Below, in pieces: positions 1 to 8,486 of a stretch of DNA of 64,000 nucleotides (positions are counted from its first letter, which is position 1; every line of letters begins with the position of its first letter). Under the pieces are notes generated by a model. It saw only the letters and a list, made by a program, of their open reading frames with translations, was not told the DNA's origin and ran no database searches. This DNA comes from Candidatus Micrarchaeota archaeon (GTDB lineage: Archaea > Micrarchaeota > Micrarchaeia > Anstonellales > Bilamarchaeaceae): NCBI GenBank assembly GCA_038046805.1, contig JBBSVO010000007.1, positions 68,528-132,527 of the forward strand, given 5' to 3'. Made by a program: the position numbers and the translations under genes.

Positions 1-747
1 AACAATAATTCTTTTTACAAGTATACCCAGATGAACCGGGAAAGCAGCAATGCGCACAGACGCTAATATTTGGGATAACTTTCCAGAATTGTCTATGCAG
101 CCATCAAACGCAGCCATCGCAATTCGTCGGACTTCCCTAATATCTTCGTCTTTATAACGAGGATTTGCAGATATTACACTGGTCAAATTTCTCTCAAATG
201 CAACCCGTTTTTCTTCAGCAGAAACTTTAGGTACTGAAACAACTGGTTTTTCATCTTTCAAATTTGGAGCACGTGTTTTTGTTGGCGCACTTGCTTCTTT
301 CTGCGAGTAATTAACTCTCCTTAGAACCAATGTTGCGACTGCGGGACTTACTCTTTGTTTTGTAAAAGTCCTTGCAGTTTCCAGACCTTTTTCAATCAGT
401 TCAAAAACATCTCCGCCAGACATTGGTTCAACTGGATTCAAACCAAGATCTAATTTCTGGGCGATTTCCCTGAGTTTCATGCGTCTTTGTTCTTGCCCAA
501 GCCCATAATACATTTTAATTGCTCTAAATGCCCTCACATCAGCCTGTTTGATGTCCTGAACTACACCACATCCAAGTTCTACTAAGACTCTTTTGGTTCT
601 GTCGATATCCCTCGCCTTATCAGAAAATGTAAGTAAACCAGCTAATTGGTGCTGTGGACTTTCATGAAGATCTCCGATGAGTGCAACACGATTAGAATCA
701 AATTTCTCTGTATGATAGCCTCTGGCGACAGGACGTTTGAATACCAT
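1..747 (-). CDS. Orphan protein, 3' end outside the window (>249 aa), with a sigma70 region-4-like helix-turn-helix
   Basis: Manual translation from ATG 747 stays open to base 1 (MVFKRPVARG...). Contains FRAIKMYYGLGQEQRRMKLREIAQKLDL...MSGGDVFELIEKGLETAR. Absent from the ORF track because it is truncated. Confidence 0.75.
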   Translation of the reverse strand, partial: MVFKRPVARGYHTEKFDSNRVALIGDLHESPQHQLAGLLTFSDKARDIDRTKRVLVELGCGVVQDIKQADVRAFRAIKMYYGLGQEQRRMKLREIAQKLDLGLNPVEPMSGGDVFELIEKGLETARTFTKQRVSPAVATLVLRRVNYSQKEASAPTKTRAPNLKDEKPVVSVPKVSAEEKRVAFERNLTSVISANPRYKDEDIREVRRIAMAAFDGCIDNSGKLSQILASVRIAAFPVHLGILVKRIIV

Positions 748-877
748 AAATTTAACAGAGAATAGATCTGTGTTTTTGCTTGAATGTAGTTCACGGACAT
801 TACTCTCCAAATTACTCAAATATGCAGAGAATTATACTTAAGGCAACAGTTTAAAAATAAAGCCGTTGAAAGAGAAG

Positions 878-947
878 ATGGCAACAATGACCGGACCGTC
901 CCAGTCTGACCAATACATGGAGACAAGAGTAGCTTGAGAGTTGCCAT
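878..947 (+). ncRNA. Candidate K-turn / box C/D-like small RNA
   Basis: Perfect 8-bp terminal stem ATGGCAAC/GTTGCCAT, 3-nt bulge AAT followed by tandem GA/GA, internal CTGA, and TTTAAAAA at 850-857 upstream. Confidence 0.35.
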
Positions 948-954
948 ACAAAAA

Positions 955-1215
955 TCAGTCGTACGCACCTTCACGCGGACCCAAGTAAAAAACAAGAATT
1001 GTTCGCTCGGCTTCTCTTATTTGATATTTTACTCGAAATTTTCCAATTCGCACTCGGTAGGTGTTGTCCATACCGCTTAATTTTATCAGGTCAAACTCCT
1101 GAAAAGGACGGGGGATTACTGAAAGCACGTCAAGAAGATGGTTTACCCGCTCTCGGTACTCGTTCAAATCCTCGTAACCTTTCTGCGCGGATCTGGAAAG
1201 AACAACCGCGTACAT
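955..1215 (-). CDS. RelE/ParE-family type II toxin
   Basis: 86 aa; Y.V.LS..A.K N-terminus and KLSG...YRVRIGKFRVKY...GPREGAY motif. Confidence 0.88.
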   Translation of the reverse strand: MYAVVLSRSAQKGYEDLNEYRERVNHLLDVLSVIPRPFQEFDLIKLSGMDNTYRVRIGKFRVKYQIREAERTILVFYLGPREGAYD

Positions 1216-1216
1216 T

Positions 1217-1405
1217 TCAATCCTTCCTTATGTTTGAAAATTTGACAGATTTACCCTGACCATGTTCACGCAGCGCCTCTTCGAGCTGATCTTTGTCTTT
1301 CTGTGTAGCTGCGACCCCAGGGATTAGAGTCTGCTCAAGGAAATCAATCTTTTTATGTAGATATTTTAATTCCGAATACAAAACATCCAGTGTTATATTT
1401 TCCAT
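1217..1405 (-). CDS. Cognate antitoxin (62 aa)
   Basis: Small ORF MENITLDVLYSELK...EEALREHGQGKSVKF immediately upstream of the RelE gene; SD-like GGTTGA before ATG 1405. Confidence 0.75.
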   Translation of the reverse strand: MENITLDVLYSELKYLHKKIDFLEQTLIPGVAATQKDKDQLEEALREHGQGKSVKFSNIRKD

Positions 1406-1489
1406 TATATCAACCAGATTCATTATACATTGCAGGATATTTAAACTTTTCCACACAAAATGAAAACAACTAATTATGAGGCGAATTTT

Positions 1490-2602
1490 ATGAGTTTCAA
1501 AACCATGTTCAGGGAAGGATATCCGGCAAGTGGTAAACCTCCGGGAGTCTGCGGACAAAGATACGAATTGGAAACTGGGATATTCCGAAGCGGTTCAAAA
1601 ACTGCGATAACCAAATTACGTGAAGCCCTTGCGGGTGTGCTTCCTTTCACAGATGGCATGCGTGTTCTGGAAATAGGATGCAGACAGGGAGCATCAACAC
1701 ATGGTCTGCTTGACGCGGCATTGCCAGCAAAAATAGATGTTTTGGCAACTGACCCGATAGATAAAGCAATGGCAGTAGCACGATTAAGATTCGGAAGAGG
1801 ATACCCGAAGAATGGAATATTGTTGGTAATGTCATATTGTCTTGGAAACCATCCAACCGGAGATGAAGCAAAAGCATGGCTTGACCAGCTTCCAGGAGAG
1901 CTCTGGAAACCATTAATGGAAGAATCTCGGGCATACCAGTCGCGGGTTGAATTCATAGACCCGCCAGATCATCTTTATGCTTACGGCCCGTTTTCGCTTG
2001 TATACGGATATCAGACCGGGCACTGGATAGAAACAGATTCCGATGGAGAATACCAAGGCTACCCGAAAGCAGAACATTTGAAAAACATTTCCGATGCAGT
2101 GGCTCCAGGAAAATATATTTATCTTGGTTATTCAACTGCATTTTTTGATGTTGACCCGGAATTACAGGTGGATGGGATGAACCGCTCGCAATACGCAATA
2201 GACGAGCATCCGTTCTTCAAACACTACATTGCAACGCTTGTCAGACATGTTGCGGCAGAAACCGGAAAAAGCGAGGAAGAGGTTGTCCGCAATACGGTGG
2301 CGCATTCCGCGACACCTAAGCCGAACGAAAGCGGATTCGCAAAATATCTTGAAGGAATTGGACTAAAGCTCGTATCGATTATCGGGTATCTTGTGACTCC
2401 TGGTGCTGAGAAAGTAGTAACTGATGTCGCGGAAAAAAGACCGATACATCAGGGATATCTTAAATTTGTTCCAGAACCGGAACGCGCGAGATTGATCCAA
2501 ACAAGTCTTGAAGAAGCGAATAGAATCGGGGCGAACCTGATAAGGCACGATGCAACAAACATCTATGATATTGTTCCGATGCTGCTGATTCAAAGACTGT
2601 GA
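1490..2602 (+). CDS. Class I SAM-dependent methyltransferase-like orphan
   Basis: Motif I VLEIGCRQG and acidic motif II ATD; start taken at ATG 1490 (alternative 1460). Confidence 0.6.
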   Translation: MSFKTMFREGYPASGKPPGVCGQRYELETGIFRSGSKTAITKLREALAGVLPFTDGMRVLEIGCRQGASTHGLLDAALPAKIDVLATDPIDKAMAVARLRFGRGYPKNGILLVMSYCLGNHPTGDEAKAWLDQLPGELWKPLMEESRAYQSRVEFIDPPDHLYAYGPFSLVYGYQTGHWIETDSDGEYQGYPKAEHLKNISDAVAPGKYIYLGYSTAFFDVDPELQVDGMNRSQYAIDEHPFFKHYIATLVRHVAAETGKSEEEVVRNTVAHSATPKPNESGFAKYLEGIGLKLVSIIGYLVTPGAEKVVTDVAEKRPIHQGYLKFVPEPERARLIQTSLEEANRIGANLIRHDATNIYDIVPMLLIQRL

Positions 2603-2695
2603 CGACAAAGACCAGAGCAATAACCCCGCAACCACCTGCCTTTAAATTATTTTCCGCAGAAACAGATTTAACTAATTATTTTGGGAGGTTATGAT

Positions 2696-3439
2696 ATGAA
2701 GCTAGTTGTAAATGAAGCACCTGCTCTTAAGTCGGCAATGGATGCCATAGTGAATCTTGTGGATGAAGGACAGTTTGAAATAACACCTGAAGGATTATCC
2801 CTGCGCGCAATGGACCCTTCTCAGATTTCAATGGTTTCTTTTCACATGCCAAAAATGTCCTTTGTAGAATACCACGTTGAAGATACGATGAAGATTGGGT
2901 TAGATATGGCACAATTAAGCAATGTCCTTTCGCGCGGAAACAAAGGAGAAAAGGCAGAACTGAGCGTTGAGGAAGGACGGCTCGTAGTGCGGTTCATAAT
3001 GGACAAAAAGAAAAGAACATTCAAAATCCCGCTTCTTGAGATTGGCGAGGGAGTGCAAAGAGAGCCAAAGATCGAATTCAAAAGCTTTGTAAAAGTCGGA
3101 GCAGACGCACTGAAAGAAGCACTGAAGGACGCGAAACTTGTAAGCTCGCATGTGAGATTTGTACTGGAAAGCGACTCATTCACCGTTGAAGTAAAGGGCG
3201 ATGGGGGAGACGTGAAAGCGGAATTTGAAAAGGGAAGCCCTGCAATAGGGGAAATCCACGTAAGCGGGGATGCAAAAGCAACATTCCCATTGCAATATCT
3301 TGAGGATATTGTAAAGGCAAGTTCTGGCAGCAGTATGGTCACACTTAATCTGGAAACTGACAGGCCGCTAAGGGTGGAATATGAGATTGAAGGCGCAAAG
3401 GTTGCGTATTTCCTTGCGCCAAGGATTGAGACGGAGTGA
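2696..3439 (+). CDS. pcn: DNA polymerase sliding clamp PCNA
   Basis: RAMDPSQISMV and YFLAPRIE motifs; GGAGG SD before ATG 2696. Confidence 0.97.
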   Translation: MKLVVNEAPALKSAMDAIVNLVDEGQFEITPEGLSLRAMDPSQISMVSFHMPKMSFVEYHVEDTMKIGLDMAQLSNVLSRGNKGEKAELSVEEGRLVVRFIMDKKKRTFKIPLLEIGEGVQREPKIEFKSFVKVGADALKEALKDAKLVSSHVRFVLESDSFTVEVKGDGGDVKAEFEKGSPAIGEIHVSGDAKATFPLQYLEDIVKASSGSSMVTLNLETDRPLRVEYEIEGAKVAYFLAPRIETE

Positions 3440-3449
3440 TGTGAATAAT

Positions 3450-4493
3450 ATGCGCAAACTGCGAACAGAACACAGACCACCTTCGTGCGCGCGTCCAAGA
3501 CCTCTTAGGCATATTATGGTTGAGGATGGAATCACAAATATAATGAAAGGTGTTGGGAGTCCATTGTGGATGTGGGGCACGGTTAATACGTTTCATGAAA
3601 CACCTTATGTAATAGAAACGGTCGGGCAAGCAGTTCTTTCCAGCAAGGCGAGTCACTATACCCGGGCAATGGGATTGAACCAATTATATATGGGGGCATT
3701 TGGGCATACGCAAACTGGTGGCACACCGAATGAAAAGGTGCAAAAACAAGCGGCACAGAAACTAAAAGAGATTTTGCATAGAGGAAACGCGGGTCTGGTA
3801 AAACTCCTTAAAGAAATGCTTGAAGAGCTTATGAAACCTGCAAAAGCCGAGGGAAGAGAACGATTTTTCGGGTGTCATGATATACGTGGACAGGTCATAC
3901 CTGAAAGAAAGGTCATGGCAAAAAGATTCATTGATGCCTGCCAGTCCCATCTGACATTGGGTGAGTGCGAATTCTGCGAACCATCGTTTGAACGCGGAAA
4001 TGAAATGGTCGGACGATGTTTAGGCGTATTGGGCGGTCGGACACATGTTATGATGGAACTTCATGAAGAGCCAGAAAGGATAAAGGATGTTGCAAGGTTT
4101 TTGTTTAAAAAAATGAGGGCGGAAGAGCGGCCTCCTTTATACAATGAAATGCTGAAAGACGCAGCATGGCTTATGATTGTCAGCACTGCGTTTAACCCAA
4201 AATCTTTTAGCATGAAAGGCAGGGAAAACAAAAGATTATCTAAAATGGCAATGGAATTATTGAGAAGGGGAATAAACGAACGCAAAGATGTGGCTCCACT
4301 AAGCTTTGATGGAAGGATAGACCTTCGCAGAACAGTCGGCCTTGGCACGCTTTTTGCAATCGGCGATGTCTGCAGGAAATTGACAAAACATGGCGGATTG
4401 GCGCATGAAAAGGATACACCGCTTGGAAACTCAGTCAGGGAAGTCAAAAAGACATGCGGACAGGCACTTTACGAAGAAATGCCGGGATGCTAG
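3450..4493 (+). CDS. Orphan helical protein with C-x2-H-x5-C-x2-C motif
   Basis: Long ORF; start after the PCNA stop (MRKLRTEHRPP); contains ACQSHLTLGECEFCE. Confidence 0.65.
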   Translation: MRKLRTEHRPPSCARPRPLRHIMVEDGITNIMKGVGSPLWMWGTVNTFHETPYVIETVGQAVLSSKASHYTRAMGLNQLYMGAFGHTQTGGTPNEKVQKQAAQKLKEILHRGNAGLVKLLKEMLEELMKPAKAEGRERFFGCHDIRGQVIPERKVMAKRFIDACQSHLTLGECEFCEPSFERGNEMVGRCLGVLGGRTHVMMELHEEPERIKDVARFLFKKMRAEERPPLYNEMLKDAAWLMIVSTAFNPKSFSMKGRENKRLSKMAMELLRRGINERKDVAPLSFDGRIDLRRTVGLGTLFAIGDVCRKLTKHGGLAHEKDTPLGNSVREVKKTCGQALYEEMPGC

Positions 4494-4528
4494 AGAATAA
4501 ATAATGTAAAAGAATACGAGATGAAAAC

Positions 4529-5188
4529 ATGGTCGGACCGATTCAAGCACCAGCTCCAAAACAGGTAGGTACGCCTCCGGGAAGCAGGCCGGAATTCGGG
4601 ATTCCCAAAACAAGAGAGGCACCTCGGCATGCAACAGGCTCAAGAGAATGGTTTATTGAGATCCTGAGCGCTGTGCGGCTCGATACAGATAGTTTTCATG
4701 AAATCGCCAGGCTCCTGTTTGATATTAAAATCGAGGGATGGAAAACAGATACAACAATAGTATTAGAGTTCGCAGATATTCTTCTTAATATTATTGCGGA
4801 CAGGACTGCCAATTGCGGTGCAAGGAAAAAATCAGTAAATATAATTGTCCCTGCCCTGGTCCTTGGCCATCCTCAAAACGAATGGATATTTCAAGCCCTG
4901 CTTCGTATGACGCACGACCCGGCACTGCGCGAGATAATCCACGCGGCATTGGAGGGAGAGGTTGGATTTCGTATGGGCATTGCAAAGATGGATAGGCAGG
5001 ACTGGAAAACCCGGTATCCAGATGTAAAATATTCTAACGAGTTGGTATCTGTTCTTGATAAAGGGAGTGAACACCCGTACACCGATCTCAACCCATCTTT
5101 AATGCGTCCAGGAACAAAATTAGAATGTCTCCTTAAGGCATGCGAAATGCACGCGAGCGGGACATGCCCGGAATGTGAAGGGACTTAG
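4529..5188 (+). CDS. Orphan HEAT-like protein with C-terminal C-x2-H-x4-C-x2-C motif
   Basis: 219-aa ORF, Pro-rich N-terminus, ends ACEMHASGTCPECEGT. Confidence 0.65.
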   Translation: MVGPIQAPAPKQVGTPPGSRPEFGIPKTREAPRHATGSREWFIEILSAVRLDTDSFHEIARLLFDIKIEGWKTDTTIVLEFADILLNIIADRTANCGARKKSVNIIVPALVLGHPQNEWIFQALLRMTHDPALREIIHAALEGEVGFRMGIAKMDRQDWKTRYPDVKYSNELVSVLDKGSEHPYTDLNPSLMRPGTKLECLLKACEMHASGTCPECEGT

Positions 5189-5205
5189 AACGAGTGGGAA
5201 ATAAA

Positions 5206-5874
5206 ATGACACATAGATTTAGTCCGGGTGGAATTCGTGCTGGTAAACTGCTAGATGGTGCACTCAAAGGACGGCCTCACCTGCCACCGGAAGTTCGAAA
5301 AGGTGATCTGGAAATAGGAAAAAGATTGGCAGTTCGGAAGTTAAGTAACGTGAAACAACCTTCGCTAATTTTAAAGGAGATATCTGAAACTCCAGATGCC
5401 ATGGAACACCTCGAAGCTGCGTTCGCTCAATGTAGCCCCATTTTGGATCCGTTTTCGTTTGGTGCCATATTTACCTGTTTAGAAAATTGTATATATGGTG
5501 GAGCTGAATTTCCAGATATATCACAACGTGCAGTGAACATTTTGGATAAGGCGATAAAAGCTGATGCTATCCCGCACTGGCGGAGCACTTTATTTAAGAA
5601 AGTCATTACTATGCGAAAGAATCTTGAATCAGAAATCACTTATTTACAACTGCGTTTGAAACCTACGGCGCACGATTCATTTAAAACAGATCAAAGTGAC
5701 CGAAGAGACCCCACTGCAAGCAGTGGGGTATGCGCTCATTCGGTCACTACTTCACAAATTGTGGACGCTGCAAGCAGCGAGGTATCAAACCCACAATTTG
5801 TGAATGAAGAAAGGCGTGCGACCATAAAACAAATAGAGTATCTTCAATCGGTTTTATCAAAATTAAAATATTAA
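5206..5874 (+). CDS. Orphan helical protein
   Basis: About 222-aa ORF in tandem with the preceding genes; no recognisable motif. Confidence 0.6.
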   Translation: MTHRFSPGGIRAGKLLDGALKGRPHLPPEVRKGDLEIGKRLAVRKLSNVKQPSLILKEISETPDAMEHLEAAFAQCSPILDPFSFGAIFTCLENCIYGGAEFPDISQRAVNILDKAIKADAIPHWRSTLFKKVITMRKNLESEITYLQLRLKPTAHDSFKTDQSDRRDPTASSGVCAHSVTTSQIVDAASSEVSNPQFVNEERRATIKQIEYLQSVLSKLKY

Positions 5875-7250
5875 ATGCTCAGTGCAACAACAGCCGAATC
5901 TTCCGGACTTGGCATTGAAAGATAATCCCCGATAATCTTTTTCTTTCCGAACATCTGACCGCGGGCATGCTCATAGATTGAAGTCGCAACTTTTTGCGGA
6001 TTCGGACGATCAATCGAATTAATAAGTTCCGCAATAGTTTCCTCCCCAGAGGCTGCGGTTATCGCCCCGTTCCTGCAGCGAAAAGGTAATTGACGCCAGA
6101 CTCCATCGCTGATTGCTACGAGCATGTCAAGATCCGTGAGATCGGCAAGACCTATGTTCGGACTGCGAAGCCGGAATTCCGGGTGAAGAACACGTTTGCC
6201 GGAATATTTCCCGCGGATTTGCTGACTAAACGAACCGATATAAACGTGAGGGAATTCTGCTTCCCGGAAAAACGCGGATTCGTTTATATGAATTCCTTTA
6301 TCGATTGAACCGCAGATTCCATCATCTGTAGTAATTTTTGTTACAGATGCCCCATTTCCGCGATCGGTTGAAACCCCGTAAATGCGGGAATCCCCAAGAT
6401 TTAGATATGCAAGCCTCTTCCCAAAAACAACCCCGACAGACGCTGTTGTCCCGCCAAAGTTAGTCATTGAATCGCTGATAGTTGCATCGGCCTCGTTTGC
6501 ATATTTTGTCAGAATATGAAGTATCTGACTTGCATCTTCCACGTCGCGCAATTTCTCAACATATTCCTTCAACACACCGAGTGCGAGCGTGGATGGCTTG
6601 CTGTCTTCTCCCTTTCCGTCAATAAAGCCGTCAAAAATCCCGAAAACCGCCGCGCGCTTTCCGCGATGATAAAGTTCCTGAAAAAATGCGGCATCGCCGG
6701 ATTTGACCTCACCTTTCTTCTTCGGCTTTTTATCAACAATAGCCGAGGCCGAACAGAATTCGAGATGCTCAGCCGCAAGCTCGGCAATATCCGCAAGCTC
6801 AATCACAGCCCCATCAGCAAAAAATTCATCGTTGAAATCACATTTGTCAAGCATGTCAAGCAGTTGCGCTGCTTTTTCCTTGTATTGCCTGCGCAGCCTG
6901 CGTGACTGTGAACTTTCCCACGCATGGCCCCGTTTCATTAAAGCAATAAGCCGATTCATTACATCTACGCGCGAGCGGGAGCGGTCCATATTGTAGATAA
7001 GAGCGAAGCGATCCATATCCTTCTTTGCAACAAAGCATCGTTCCTCAAAGGATTTTCCAACAGCGCGTGCAACGATTCCCTTATACTGGATGTCGGAAAG
7101 AACACGCTCGTGGATTCTTATCTCCGGCTGCTGAAGCTCGTCAGGTGCAGAAATCTGATCTGCAAGGCCGAACTCTTTTTTCTCAATTTGCTCAACCAGC
7201 ATTCTGTGCTCTAGCACTTTTGCACGTACGGCATGAGATAACTTGGTCAT
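5871..7250 (-). CDS. PP2C/PPM-family Ser/Thr phosphatase-like protein with an ~170-aa N-terminal extension
   Basis: PPM motifs FGIFDG, GGTTAS, NLGDSRIY, ITTDD, AISDGVW and C-terminal EDSAVV. Confidence 0.8.
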   Translation of the reverse strand: MTKLSHAVRAKVLEHRMLVEQIEKKEFGLADQISAPDELQQPEIRIHERVLSDIQYKGIVARAVGKSFEERCFVAKKDMDRFALIYNMDRSRSRVDVMNRLIALMKRGHAWESSQSRRLRRQYKEKAAQLLDMLDKCDFNDEFFADGAVIELADIAELAAEHLEFCSASAIVDKKPKKKGEVKSGDAAFFQELYHRGKRAAVFGIFDGFIDGKGEDSKPSTLALGVLKEYVEKLRDVEDASQILHILTKYANEADATISDSMTNFGGTTASVGVVFGKRLAYLNLGDSRIYGVSTDRGNGASVTKITTDDGICGSIDKGIHINESAFFREAEFPHVYIGSFSQQIRGKYSGKRVLHPEFRLRSPNIGLADLTDLDMLVAISDGVWRQLPFRCRNGAITAASGEETIAELINSIDRPNPQKVATSIYEHARGQMFGKKKIIGDYLSMPSPEDSAVVALSI

Positions 7251-7301
7251 AAATAGTGATTCTACTAGCAGATTTATAAATGTAATTAGCATATTTTGAT
7301 T

Positions 7302-8075
7302 ATGAACAGAGAACTAATACTAATTCTCGCAGTCGCGGTATTGGTCCTTTCGGGATGCGTAACTCAAACATTCACGCAAAAGATGGAGCGCGACGGCACT
7401 TCCGTTGTTGAAAGCAAAACAAACCTCGTACAGTATCCGGGTTATTTAAAACTCATAAATGACGAATATAAGAAAAAAGATGTTGCTGGGGAAGTGGCAG
7501 CCCTGATTGAAAAGGTATGTTTGGGAATTGAAGAAAAAGACCCTCTGACAAAATGCAGTGTTGACTCCCTTTCACTGGTAATGAAAAAAGAATTCACCAC
7601 AAAAGACGGGTATTATACTTTTGAAGCAAAAGAAGGTATTCCATATACTACTTATACGTTGAAGGTAAATAAAATTCCAGTAGATAAATTTTCCAAGGAA
7701 TTACAGGCACAACAGAAAATAATAGCTGCGAGCCCCTATGGTTCAGGTATACCTCTGAAAATGACGGCAATAGATTTGAGAAAGGCTGAAGACACGTCTA
7801 TTGCAGCACAAGGACTTGAACAGGTACAAGGACTGGGATTGATTTACTCTGTTGAAATGCCTGGGGAGATAGTAAAGGCAGAGGCAGGAAATTACTTTGC
7901 GGCCGTATCGGGAAATACTGCTGAATTTGACTTATTGAGCGTAATGAAAAATTCCACCCCACTTGTTGTTGAATCCCAGGAGATAAACGTGCTTTGGATA
8001 GTGGTTATAATCGGAATACTGGCACTTGTAGTAGTTGGATACTTGTTCTTTGCCGGGCAGAAAAAGAGTGTGTAG
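7302..8075 (+). CDS. Putative lipoprotein with C-terminal membrane anchor (LppM/DUF3153-like)
   Basis: Signal peptide ending VLSGC; YSVEMPGEI motif; C-terminal TM helix and basic tail. Confidence 0.7.
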   Translation: MNRELILILAVAVLVLSGCVTQTFTQKMERDGTSVVESKTNLVQYPGYLKLINDEYKKKDVAGEVAALIEKVCLGIEEKDPLTKCSVDSLSLVMKKEFTTKDGYYTFEAKEGIPYTTYTLKVNKIPVDKFSKELQAQQKIIAASPYGSGIPLKMTAIDLRKAEDTSIAAQGLEQVQGLGLIYSVEMPGEIVKAEAGNYFAAVSGNTAEFDLLSVMKNSTPLVVESQEINVLWIVVIIGILALVVVGYLFFAGQKKSV

Positions 8076-8092
8076 GTAGATTTCCTCGCATC

Positions 8093-8326
8093 TTATGTTT
8101 CGAAATTTCTATTTCTGTAGCGATACAAATATCGCAAAATGAGGTAAGGAACAGTCAAATAAGCGCCCCAGGTTAATGCCTCCCCGTAAGTAACTGTATT
8201 TTTTATCCAGATTAGATTAAGAATAAATGAGCCCGATGCAATTGCTCCTGCTAATACCAAGAAGGTGAAAAAGATATAAGCTAAGAAAAATAAGACAATT
8301 TTGGATTTACCGAGAAGACTGTCTAT
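8093..8326 (-). CDS. Small 2-TM membrane protein (77 aa), apparently with an ATA start
   Basis: Open frame IDSLLGKSKIVLFFLAYIFFTFLVLAGAIASGSFILNLIW...YRNRNFET*; GGTGG SD just upstream; in-frame TAA further upstream and no ATG. Confidence 0.45.
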   Translation of the reverse strand: MDSLLGKSKIVLFFLAYIFFTFLVLAGAIASGSFILNLIWIKNTVTYGEALTWGAYLTVPYLILRYLYRYRNRNFET

Positions 8327-8486
8327 GGTTCCACCATGTGTATCTTATTCCCCAGTGGACTTTTAATCCTTATTCTATAAATAAGAGATCGGATGAACCA
8401 AAGCTCCGGTGAACGGAAAAGACAAAGTTGCCAAGCGTGTGAGGGGCTGAGGGGACTGGTTTAACTTCCTAGGAAGAATCTGTAGC

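Noticed and set aside
2842..3498. Long antisense ORFs in the track (for example 2842-3498, 22316-22879, 52183-52752, 61030-61605)
   Set aside because: Shadow frames of well-supported genes on the opposite strand.
8390..8452. Second possible box C/D sRNA (GGATGA...CTGA)
   Set aside because: The boxes are weak, there is no terminal stem, and no convincing guide complementarity could be recognised.
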